This document shows positions 1-7,986 of a stretch of DNA of 32,000 nt, piece after piece. This DNA is from Anaerolineae bacterium (lineage in GTDB: Bacteria > Chloroflexota > Anaerolineae > B4-G1): positions 1,851 through 33,850 of the forward strand of contig JBHIET010000034.1 of the NCBI GenBank assembly GCA_046760785.1. Reading direction: 5' to 3'. The notes beneath the pieces were generated by a model. That model had not been told where the DNA came from, searched no databases, and worked only from the letters and a program-made list of their open reading frames with translations. The position numbers and the translations under genes are program-made. Position 1 is the stretch's first letter; every line of letters begins with the position of its first letter.

Positions 1-2578
1 TGCCGTCGTCAATGGTGGTCCAGTAGTTAAGCAGGTTCAAGCTGGCCACTCTGATGGCACCGCCGACGTCGCCCGGAGCATCGGTGCGGGCGTTGGCACG
101 GACGAACACGGGGGGCACCGTGGGGTGCAGGCGGTACTTGCCAAAGCCGTAGCCCAACACACCGGTCAGGCCCGTGACGGTGTCGCCGAGACGCAGGGTG
201 TTATCGGCCGCCAGGTACGGCACCGCCAGCGGAAACTCGGCAGTGCTGCCGTCGTCCACGAGCAATTGCCGGCGGTCGTTCAGTTCCTGGGCCGCGCTGG
301 CGTCGGGACCGGGGGCGACCTGGTTCGTCGGAATCTCCAGCCGTCCCTCCGCCGAAATGACCACCTCGCCGTACCGGTGCAAGTTGTAGTGGTCTGTCGC
401 CGCTAGCTCTTCGGGGAGGGTGACGAGCATGCCCTCGTACCATTCCCAGTCGGCCAGGTCCGCGACGGGCAGGTCAACCGTCGCCGCCGTAACGCCGGCA
501 CCGCTGCTGCAAACCGCCACGTTGCTGACGTTGTGTAGTTGCGTGAAGTCATAGTATTCGGTGACGTCGCCCATCACTCGCACCACGTCGCCCAGACTGA
601 CGTCAACGCCAAAACCGCTGTCGTAGACGAAGACGCCTTCGGAAGTTGCCGGGTCGGCGTCGGCGTCCGCGTCCTCTTCCTGGACGAAAAAGCCCCTGAA
701 CTCATCCGCACCCTGAAAGTCGCCCACGACCACGCCCTCGATGACCACGCCAGATTCACCGTTTAACGGACTGACAGCACCGTTGCCCTGAAGGTCGTGG
801 ATGAACGCGGCCGGGTCGCCGCAGGCGCCAAACGCAGGCCCGCAACCGGGGAAGGAGGAGCCATCTATCATAGTACCCGGCGAGAAGAGTGCCCCGCCGG
901 AGCCGGTGGCGGTCGAGTGTTGTACAAACGCGCCGGTGATATCGGGGTCGCGGGTGAGCGACTGATCGTCGCCGCCCTCACCGCCGTAGGTGACCGTCGC
1001 CTGATCGGTCGAGCCGTCGTTGAGGGTGATGGTATCGCCACTGTTATTCAAGCCGAGCGAGCCGGTGCTGGCCGTTTGCACAACTGCACCGCCGAATGAA
1101 CCGGTGGGCGTGCCACCCCCAAAGACCACAATGGCGCAGTGGGCAGAGACGGCCGTTCCGGCTGGAAAGATGTGGCGTACCTTGTAGCCGTCCGCCAAAG
1201 TCCAGCCAGAAATATCCGCAGCGCTATCTGAATTGTTCACGATTTCGACAAGTTCGTCTTGAGTGGCGTCGCGAGTCCCATCCCCGTTGGCGTCTCCTGA
1301 TAGATCACCGGCTGGGTCGGCGAGGACTTCGTTGATGAGCAGTGCGGAGGGTGGTGTCGGCAAGATGATGTCGCCGTCGTCTCGCGGTTGAATCTTGAAA
1401 TTGCCGTAAGAGTAATCCAGCGGGCCGACGAGAGCGCTCAGGGCATCACCGTTGGTCGGAGCGTAGGTGTAGCTGCCCTTGTCATCAATACGGACGTCAC
1501 CGCTGCCGTCACTGACCGACCACTCCCCATAGCCCAGATCGTCGTTGGTGACGGTGACGTTCTCCACACGCACCAGCACTCCCTCCCACTGCTCCTGGCT
1601 CACGTCGCCGGTGGAAAGGATTACGGGACCGGGTATGGGATTGCCACCGGATATGACTTCGTAGTCGGTGAGGCTCGTTAGCTCCGTGAGGTTGTCGTAC
1701 TCGGCCACCGTGCCGGTCAAGCGCACCCGGTCACCCAGAGCCGGGGTGTTCGTGTTATCGAACACCCACAGGCCGTTCCACGCCCCGCCGCCAGGGTCTT
1801 GAATGAAATAGCCGTTGTAGAAGCGCGCGGTGACGATACCCTCGGTGGTGACGTCGGTTTGATCCTTGTAGGGTGAGTCGCCCGAGGGATCGGTAGTGTA
1901 TTGGATGTCATAGATGGGGGTGTAGGTAGGGCCACCACCAGGTGAGTAGGTCCCTATTGGGAACGGTGTGGTTGCTGCCGCGTTGGAAGTTTCTCCATCC
2001 AGGGCGTTAGGCCCACTGAAAGACCAGTTTGCCAAAACGAACGTTGCGCCGTCGGGCCCCGTACCATCCACTCTGTAGGCCCAGCCGTCCATATACTCCC
2101 AGGGTTGGCCGCTCCCGTCGGTGTTGATGTCACCGAAAACATCCACGACCGAGCCGTTGTGGAATAGCTCAATCGCGTCGTCGCCGTTGATGCTGGCCGC
2201 GCTGCTTATATAGTCGGGGGCGAATCCGAAAAAGGCTTCAAAGCCGGTCACTTCGGAGGCCGCGGTTTCGTGAGCCACGTATATAAAAGTCCCGGCAGCA
2301 GCGGAAACGGCAGGGAATGTGAATTCCTCCCCATCACTGCCCCCTCCGTTGTTGGCCGACCCAAACCCGTAGGTGCTGAGGTCGGTTATGTCTTCTAAAA
2401 CGTAGAATTCCACGGCTTTCGGTACGCCGCCGGAAAGCGGGCCATCTATCACTCCTGTGATGAGTAGCGAAGTGGAATCCGCTCTTGCCGGTGAGACGGC
2501 CCCAGCGAAGAACGAAGCCAGCAGGCTGACAATGGCCACAATGACCTGCACTTTGCTGAGCCTGACATGCGTGTTCAT
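1..2578 (-). CDS. ExeM/NucH-family extracellular endonuclease, N-terminal ~859 codons (C-terminus beyond the left edge)
   Basis: Missing from the ORF track because it runs off the window. Hand translation of the minus strand from ATG 2578 (AAGGAGA 5 nt upstream) stays open to position 1. It shows: a signal peptide MNTHVRLSKVQVIVAIVSLLASFFAGAVSPARA; lamin-tail-domain-like segments (LLITGVIDGPLSGGVPKAVEFYV...; LLINEVLADPAGDLSGDANGDG...ISGWTLADG...LGLNNSGDTITLNDG); OB-fold-like spacers (GDRVRLTGTVAEYDNLTEL, GDVVRVMGDVTEYYDFTQL); and the start of an endonuclease/exonuclease/phosphatase domain (VASLNLLNYWTTIDDG) at the edge. Confidence 0.8.
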   Translation of the reverse strand, partial: MNTHVRLSKVQVIVAIVSLLASFFAGAVSPARADSTSLLITGVIDGPLSGGVPKAVEFYVLEDITDLSTYGFGSANNGGGSDGEEFTFPAVSAAAGTFIYVAHETAASEVTGFEAFFGFAPDYISSAASINGDDAIELFHNGSVVDVFGDINTDGSGQPWEYMDGWAYRVDGTGPDGATFVLANWSFSGPNALDGETSNAAATTPFPIGTYSPGGGPTYTPIYDIQYTTDPSGDSPYKDQTDVTTEGIVTARFYNGYFIQDPGGGAWNGLWVFDNTNTPALGDRVRLTGTVAEYDNLTELTSLTDYEVISGGNPIPGPVILSTGDVSQEQWEGVLVRVENVTVTNDDLGYGEWSVSDGSGDVRIDDKGSYTYAPTNGDALSALVGPLDYSYGNFKIQPRDDGDIILPTPPSALLINEVLADPAGDLSGDANGDGTRDATQDELVEIVNNSDSAADISGWTLADGYKVRHIFPAGTAVSAHCAIVVFGGGTPTGSFGGAVVQTASTGSLGLNNSGDTITLNDGSTDQATVTYGGEGGDDQSLTRDPDITGAFVQHSTATGSGGALFSPGTMIDGSSFPGCGPAFGACGDPAAFIHDLQGNGAVSPLNGESGVVIEGVVVGDFQGADEFRGFFVQEEDADADADPATSEGVFVYDSGFGVDVSLGDVVRVMGDVTEYYDFTQLHNVSNVAVCSSGAGVTAATVDLPVADLADWEWYEGMLVTLPEELAATDHYNLHRYGEVVISAEGRLEIPTNQVAPGPDASAAQELNDRRQLLVDDGSTAEFPLAVPYLAADNTLRLGDTVTGLTGVLGYGFGKYRLHPTVPPVFVRANARTDAPGDVGGAIRVASLNLLNYWTTIDDG

Positions 2579-2755
2579 GGGTTCTCCTTTCGCAAATCAG
2601 TGTGAGATATTGACCTATACGCAAACTGTTCCCGCACTCTAGGGGCAAAACGAGGACGGAAACCAGGGCTAGGCTCTTGGAACAGGCTTTGGCTGGAAGA
2701 TCGAGGTAGAGTCACGAGGTCAGGAAACCTCGCCCCGCCGCTTCTCCAATTTGCA

Positions 2756-2764
2756 ATTATACCA
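2756..2764 (-). promoter_or_regulatory. candidate extended -10 promoter (TGGTATAAT) for the nuclease gene
   Basis: Reverse complement of 2756-2764 reads TGGTATAAT (TGnTATAAT). It lies about 175 nt upstream of ATG 2578. No good -35 element is present. Confidence 0.3.
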
Positions 2765-2952
2765 CAAACAGGAAAAGATGGGGACTAAAAAGCCCCTAAA
2801 TCCATCGCATACCGCTTTTGCATCTTGCGCGGGTACTTTCTTTCCTCATCTATCGTCATTTCATCGTCAGCGGACATGTTTCCTCCAGTATCATTATCAT
2901 TTGGAGGAATCATACCACCTCGGTAACACTTCACACGAGTGAATGCGCAATC

Positions 2953-2980
2953 TTGACATTCAGCGGTTTTTCTGTATACT
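2953..2980 (+). promoter_or_regulatory. sigma-70-type promoter of ABC locus 1 (TTGACA-16 nt-TATACT)
   Basis: TTGACA at 2953-2958 and TATACT at 2975-2980. The same boxes and spacing recur at 13828-13855 upstream of the locus 3 SBP gene. Confidence 0.6.
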
Positions 2981-3134
2981 TATCACATTACAGCTACAGG
3001 CGATCCGGTATGCCGAGTGAGATCGCCTGTTGGAGTAATGCCTCATGCGAAAAGGAGGTGATGCCTCGGGATACGATTCCTTCATCGGCTCGTGTGTTTA
3101 CCCCATGTATAGCATAAGAAAAAGGAGAGAACAA
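2981..3134 (+). promoter_or_regulatory. conserved 5' leader of SBP gene 1 (hairpin, anti-16S box, 18-codon uORF)
   Basis: 9-bp perfect hairpin CAGGCGATC(2997-3005)/GATCGCCTG(3021-3029). AAGGAGGTGAT at 3052-3062 is fused to ATG 3061, which opens MPRDTIPSSARVFTPCIA* (3061-3117). The leader is paralogous to 13856-14037. Confidence 0.45.
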
Positions 3135-4673
3135 ATGAAAGCCTTGCGTGTTCTAAGTGCCGGGGTAGTGTTGGTCGTGGTAGGCAGTCTGATGACTGCG
3201 TGTGGACCTAAGGCTACACCCGTACCACCCCTGGTTATCGGCACCACTGATAGCGTCACCGACCTCGACCCGGCCCAGTCCTACGACTTCCATACCTGGG
3301 AGATCCATCACAACACAATGGACACACTCCTGACCTACATCCCAGGCACGACTGAACTTCAGCCCGGCCTGGCCGAGGACTTCCCCGAGGTCAGTTCTGA
3401 TGGGCTGGAGTACACTTTCAAGCTGCGCCAGGGGCTTAAGTTCCCCGACGGCACCGCCTTCAACGCCGACGCCGTCGTCTGGTCCATCAACCGCGTGATG
3501 CGGCTGGAAGGCGACCCCAACTGGCTGGTGACTTCCTTCGTGGACAGCGTGGAGAAGGTGGATGACTACACCGTCAAGTTCACACTCCAGGACGCGGTGG
3601 GCTTCTTCCCGCTGTTGGTCGCCACCCAGCCCTACTCGCCGATCAGCCCGAACTGCTACTCGGAGGACGAGTTCGATTCCGATAGCACCTGCGGCGGCAT
3701 CGGCCACTACGTGATCAAGCGCTGGGAGCGGGACGTGGAGATGGAGCTGGAAGCCAACCCCGACTACTACGGCGACCCGCCGGCCTACCCGAACGTGATC
3801 GTGCGCTACTTCGCCGACTCCACGGCCATGCGGTTGGCCCTCGAATCGGGGGACATTGACGTGGCCTGGAAGACACTGACTCCGTCCGACTACGACGACT
3901 TCCGCGACAACGCCAACTACAACATGTACGAGGGGTCCGGCCCCTACATCCGCTACATCTGCTTCAACACCACCACCGAGCCCTTCGACGATCCGACAGT
4001 CCGCCAGGCCATCTCGCTGGCCATTGACCGTGATTCCATCTCCGATGTCGTCTTCCAGGGCACGCATCAGAACCTGTACAGCATGGTGCCGAAAGGGATG
4101 TTCGGTCACGTTGACGCCTTCCCCGAGCGGGATCTGGAGCAGGCCAAGTCACTTCTGGCCGGGGCAGGCTTCGACGAGGACAACCCGCTGGTGATGGACT
4201 TCTGGTGGACGCCCGACCACTACGGCCCGACTGAGGGTGACGTAGCGGCGGTGATGAAGGAGGCACTGGAGGAGACCGGCGTGATCCAGGTCAACCTGCA
4301 GTCCGCCGAGTGGGCCACCTATACCGACTACTTTGGCCCCGGCACAATGCCTGTCTTCCTGCTGGGTTGGTACCCCGACTACCTGGACCCCGACAACTAC
4401 ACCTCCGCCTTCGCCGAGTGCGGCACCTCGGACGACCTGGGTATCTTCTACTGCAGCGACCAGATGGACGATCTACTGCACCAGGCCCGGCTTTCCACCG
4501 ATATGGACGAGCGCGCAGACCTGTACAAGCAGATACAGGAACTGTGGACCACCGAGGTTCCGACTATCCCCTTCACCCAGGGGTTACTGCTCGTCGTGAC
4601 CCAGAAGAACATCGGCGGGGTCACCCTGGACCCGACATTGTTCTTGCACTACTTCACGTTGACCAAGGAATAG
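3135..4673 (+). CDS. ABC transporter substrate-binding lipoprotein, family 5 (peptide/nickel, DppA/OppA type)
   Basis: Same frame as ORF 3045..4673. Start moved to ATG 3135 (GGAG 7 nt upstream). MKALRVLSAGVVLVVVGSLMTAC is a lipoprotein signal with a lipobox Cys. The body is typical of family 5 SBPs (YTFKLRQGLKFPDGTAFNADAVVWSINR, WYPDYLDPDNY). Confidence 0.9.
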   Translation: MKALRVLSAGVVLVVVGSLMTACGPKATPVPPLVIGTTDSVTDLDPAQSYDFHTWEIHHNTMDTLLTYIPGTTELQPGLAEDFPEVSSDGLEYTFKLRQGLKFPDGTAFNADAVVWSINRVMRLEGDPNWLVTSFVDSVEKVDDYTVKFTLQDAVGFFPLLVATQPYSPISPNCYSEDEFDSDSTCGGIGHYVIKRWERDVEMELEANPDYYGDPPAYPNVIVRYFADSTAMRLALESGDIDVAWKTLTPSDYDDFRDNANYNMYEGSGPYIRYICFNTTTEPFDDPTVRQAISLAIDRDSISDVVFQGTHQNLYSMVPKGMFGHVDAFPERDLEQAKSLLAGAGFDEDNPLVMDFWWTPDHYGPTEGDVAAVMKEALEETGVIQVNLQSAEWATYTDYFGPGTMPVFLLGWYPDYLDPDNYTSAFAECGTSDDLGIFYCSDQMDDLLHQARLSTDMDERADLYKQIQELWTTEVPTIPFTQGLLLVVTQKNIGGVTLDPTLFLHYFTLTKE

Positions 4674-4702
4674 ACAGGAACGCTCAATCGTGACGCGAGG
4701 GT

Positions 4703-4743
4703 GGAGGGGTTTTGATGGGATTTCTCCTTATCAAAACCCCTCC
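4703..4743 (+). other. intercistronic stem-loop (14-bp perfect stem)
   Basis: GGAGGGGTTTTGAT (4703-4716) pairs with ATCAAAACCCCTCC (4730-4743) around a 13-nt loop. No T-tract follows. Confidence 0.7.
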
Positions 4744-4770
4744 CCCATGCAAACATCTATCCTGGAATTG

Positions 4771-4803
4771 AGCCTTGCGAAGGTTTTGAACCTTCGCAAG
4801 GCT
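4771..4803 (+). other. intercistronic stem-loop (15-bp perfect inverted repeat)
   Basis: AGCCTTGCGAAGGTT / AACCTTCGCAAGGCT separated by 3 nt, located between the SBP and permease genes. Confidence 0.7.
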
Positions 4804-4817
4804 AGAGAGCACAAGCT

Positions 4818-6269
4818 ATGAGTTCACTGCGAGCTTACATCATCACCCGGGTTCTGCTCACGATCCCGATGGTACTTGTCTTGCTTGTCCTGGTCTTTAT
4901 CCTGCTACGGGTAATGCCGGGTGATCCGGTCAAGGCCGCGATGCGGCCCGGCGTGCCAGAGGAGTACCTGGACCAGATCCGGCACGCTCAGGGGCTGGAC
5001 CGGCCCATGGTAATCAACTTGCGTGGAAGTTGGGCCACGGTGGTGGAGCCAGTGGTCGTGCTGTACACCGAACGCGACCCTACCAGCCCACCAGTGATGC
5101 TGGCCCTGGAGGGAGAGCGGCTGCCTGTCACCGACCGCTACACTGAGGAAGGAGATGACTGGCTGCGCGTCTCTATTGACAAAGGCGCGCAGGTCTGGGT
5201 GGAGAAAGAGAAACTAGCCTGGCTGCGGCGGGTGGAATTCTACTTCACGCCGGTTGAAGAGGTTGGGAACGCCCCGATCGAGGGAGATTGGGAGCAGGTG
5301 ATCATGCTCCAGGGCGGGCTGGAGGGTTGGGCCTCCACTCAAAATTTCCAGGTCCACGTCAATCCCTTCGACAGCCAGTTCTTCAACTACCTGTGGGGCC
5401 TGATCGCGCACTTCGATCTGGGGCGTTCGATCACGTTGCGGGGCCGTCCCGTAACGGCTGACCTGGCGCTCAAGCTCCCGGCCACGATCGAACTCAGCAT
5501 CGCCAGCATGCTAGTAGCCACGGGGGTAGGGGTGTTTGCTGGCGCTTTCGCCGCCCAGAAACGTCGCAGCGCTGCCGACTATTCCTTGCGCATCTACAGC
5601 ATTGTCGCCTACGCTGTCCCCGTCTTCTGGTTGGGGTTGATGTTCCAACTCATCTTTGGCGTTGGGTTGGGCTGGTTCCCCGTCGCCGGCCGCATTGATA
5701 CCCAGTTACGACCCGATACCATCACTCAGGTCTTCGCTCTACAGGAGCGGTTCACCGGACCGACGGGGGGGAAAATCATCGCCCTGACCGATTTCCTCTC
5801 CAATTTCTACATCTTCAGCACCCTCATCACCGGCCAGTGGGACAGCCTGCTGAACGTACTGTACCATCTGGTGCTTCCCGCGTTGACGCTGGGGCTTTAT
5901 CTCTCCGGCGTCTTCACCCGCCTCACGCGGGCCAACATGCTCGACGTGCTGCAACAGGACTTCGTCACCGCAGCCCGTGCCCGTGGCATCCCGGAGAAAG
6001 TGGTCGTCTACCGGCACGCGCTGCTCAACGCCTTCATCCCCATCCTCACGATGTTCGGTATGCAGTTCGCACTGATGCTGGCCGGTGCGGTGCTGACGGA
6101 GACGACCTTTAACTGGCCGGGGATGGGCTTGTTCTTGGTGGACCGCATCTACGATCGAGACTTTCCGGCCATCCAGGGCACGGTGGTCTTCATCGCCCTG
6201 TTCGTCGCGACGGTCAGCCTGATCGTGGACATCATCTACGCCCGCATTGACCCCCGGGTACGGTATTGA
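4818..6269 (+). CDS. ABC transporter permease (DppB/OppB type) with ~120-aa periplasmic insertion
   Basis: 483 aa versus about 310-340 aa for the paralogs in this window. The N-terminal TM segment plus PGDP motif and the C-terminal core (FVTAARARGIPEKVVVYRHALLNAFIPILT, IDPRVRY) are typical. Extra segment is about aa 65-185. Confidence 0.9.
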   Translation: MSSLRAYIITRVLLTIPMVLVLLVLVFILLRVMPGDPVKAAMRPGVPEEYLDQIRHAQGLDRPMVINLRGSWATVVEPVVVLYTERDPTSPPVMLALEGERLPVTDRYTEEGDDWLRVSIDKGAQVWVEKEKLAWLRRVEFYFTPVEEVGNAPIEGDWEQVIMLQGGLEGWASTQNFQVHVNPFDSQFFNYLWGLIAHFDLGRSITLRGRPVTADLALKLPATIELSIASMLVATGVGVFAGAFAAQKRRSAADYSLRIYSIVAYAVPVFWLGLMFQLIFGVGLGWFPVAGRIDTQLRPDTITQVFALQERFTGPTGGKIIALTDFLSNFYIFSTLITGQWDSLLNVLYHLVLPALTLGLYLSGVFTRLTRANMLDVLQQDFVTAARARGIPEKVVVYRHALLNAFIPILTMFGMQFALMLAGAVLTETTFNWPGMGLFLVDRIYDRDFPAIQGTVVFIALFVATVSLIVDIIYARIDPRVRY

Positions 6270-6293
6270 GATTAGGAAGTAAAGGATAAGGAG

Positions 6294-7082
6294 ATGAAAC
6301 GCCTAACTATTCTTCTGCTTGTGATTTGGCTGCTGTTGATCGCTTACGCCACCGCGCTTGCTCCGCCACCATACACTATGCCTGGGCCCAGGCCGACACC
6401 CAGGGTCTCTAACAGGGTTTACTACACAAAGCGGTGCTGGCCAGCCTGCCATTACGACCCGGCAGTGGTGAAGCCTGCGCCCATCCCTGCCATCCACGAC
6501 TTCGACAGGACTTTGGAATCCGGCTGGACGTGGATCAGCGAAGACCCCACTCACTGGACGTTAACGGAAGTGCCCGGAGCTCTGCGCGTCGTGTCGCAAG
6601 CGGGCTCGATTTCCGGCGATTTGCAGAAGGCACAGAACGTCCTAGTGCGCGATGCGCCTGCTGGCCATTTCGACATCATGACCAAGGTGACCTTCAATCC
6701 TACCTCTGACTCTCAGAACGCAACCATTTTCATCCAACTGAATGACGGCTACCTCGTTTCGTTAAGTCGGGGCTATTGTCGGGAGGGAGATGACCCATCC
6801 TGTGTGGGAAGCGGGATCTACTTTGATGCTTCGGAGCTCGGTTGCACTCGTGCCGGCGCGCCAACCTCAGCGGAGACGGTCCGGCTGATGCTGCGCAAGG
6901 CCGGCAATTCCTACATCGGCTACCGTCTGAGCGAGGGCGACTGGGTTGAAGTCGGACGTTGTTACAAAACTTCGATGACTCCGAGCAGCGTTGGCCTCAC
7001 CGCCACCAACGGTGATCGTGATCCCGACGTACCCGAAATCCCGGCCGACTTCGATTCCTTCACACTGGTGGAACGTCGGTAG
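6294..7082 (+). CDS. secreted/anchored protein with concanavalin-A-like (DUF1349 / xylosidase C-terminal-like) domain
   Basis: 262 aa. Hydrophobic N-terminus MKRLTILLLVIWLLLIAYATALA and a Pro-rich linker. Then FDRTLESGWTWISEDPTHWTLTEVPGALRVVSQ...NVLVRDAPAGHFDIMTKVTF...ATIFIQL, a pattern I recognise from ConA-like lectin/glucanase folds. Sits between the two permease genes with 24- and 16-nt gaps. Confidence 0.6.
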   Translation: MKRLTILLLVIWLLLIAYATALAPPPYTMPGPRPTPRVSNRVYYTKRCWPACHYDPAVVKPAPIPAIHDFDRTLESGWTWISEDPTHWTLTEVPGALRVVSQAGSISGDLQKAQNVLVRDAPAGHFDIMTKVTFNPTSDSQNATIFIQLNDGYLVSLSRGYCREGDDPSCVGSGIYFDASELGCTRAGAPTSAETVRLMLRKAGNSYIGYRLSEGDWVEVGRCYKTSMTPSSVGLTATNGDRDPDVPEIPADFDSFTLVERR

Positions 7083-7098
7083 ATGAGGTGGCGACTAT

Positions 7099-7986
7099 AT
7101 GACAACCATCGCTGAAGTTGGCCCTGGCCTGTTGGCTCGCTTTCTGCGGGGCCGCAAGTGGTACGGCGCCGAGTGGTATATGACGGTGACCGGCGGCTTC
7201 ATCGTCGTGTTCATCGTCGTGCTGACCGTGCTCTCGTTTCTCACGCCCAGTCTAGCACCATACGACCCCGAAACTCGGGCGCGCGACCCGTTCATTCCAC
7301 CCTGTGCGCAACACATCTTCGGCACGGATCAACTAGGGCGCGACGTATTCAGCCGCATCATCTACGGGGCGCAGATCGTGCTCCAGGTGGCGCTCCTCTC
7401 GGCCACCTTTTCGTTCATCGTGGGGGTGCCGCTGGGGCTCATCTCTGGCTTCCTGGGCGGCCGGTTGGATCGCGTCCTTTCGTTGATTATGGACAGTATC
7501 TACTCCTTCCCCGGCCTGATCCTGGCCATCGCGCTGGCCGCGTTGCTGGGTGCGGGCGTATTGAATATGTCCATCGCCATCTCCGTCGTCTACATCCCTA
7601 CCTTCTTCCGGCTGGTGCGCGGACACGTGCTTTCGATCAAAGAGGAGCTGTACGTGGAGGCCGCCCGGAGCCTGGGGGCGCGAGGACGGACAATCCTGTG
7701 GCGTTACATCTTTCCCAACGTCATTCCCTCCATCGTGGTGGTCTTTTCCCTGAACATCGCCGATGCCATCATCACCGAGGCCGGGTTGGCCTTCATCGGC
7801 CTGGGGGTGGACCCCTCCAAACCGGACTGGGGCTATGACATCTACCGTGGGCGCTCGGAGTTGGTCGGTGGCCGCTGGTGGCTCGTCACCTTTCCTGGTC
7901 TGGCGATCGCGCTGGTGGCGCTGGGCTTCAGCATGTTCGGCGAGGGGCTGAGTGAGATTCTGAACCCGAGGTTGGCAGAGGTATGA
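7099..7986 (+). CDS. ABC transporter permease (DppC/OppC type)
   Basis: 295 aa. Motifs HIFGTDQLGRDVFSRIIYG and EAARSLGARGRTILWRYIFPNVIPSIVV (EAA loop). GAGGTGG lies 8 nt upstream of the ATG. The stop overlaps the next start (ATGA, 7983-7986). Confidence 0.9.
   Translation: MTTIAEVGPGLLARFLRGRKWYGAEWYMTVTGGFIVVFIVVLTVLSFLTPSLAPYDPETRARDPFIPPCAQHIFGTDQLGRDVFSRIIYGAQIVLQVALLSATFSFIVGVPLGLISGFLGGRLDRVLSLIMDSIYSFPGLILAIALAALLGAGVLNMSIAISVVYIPTFFRLVRGHVLSIKEELYVEAARSLGARGRTILWRYIFPNVIPSIVVVFSLNIADAIITEAGLAFIGLGVDPSKPDWGYDIYRGRSELVGGRWWLVTFPGLAIALVALGFSMFGEGLSEILNPRLAEV

Noticed and set aside
2751-3117. ORFs 2751..2942 and 2818..3117 (+) in the nuclease/SBP divergent region.
   Set aside because: They span the predicted promoter and leader, have no RBS and have implausible composition. 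Only the last 18 codons (the uORF from ATG 3061) are discussed, as part of the leader.
2981-3134. The SBP leaders as a known riboswitch class.
   Set aside because: I recognise no conserved core of any riboswitch I know. Only one hairpin is shared, and it shows little covariation. Kept as an unclassified conserved leader.
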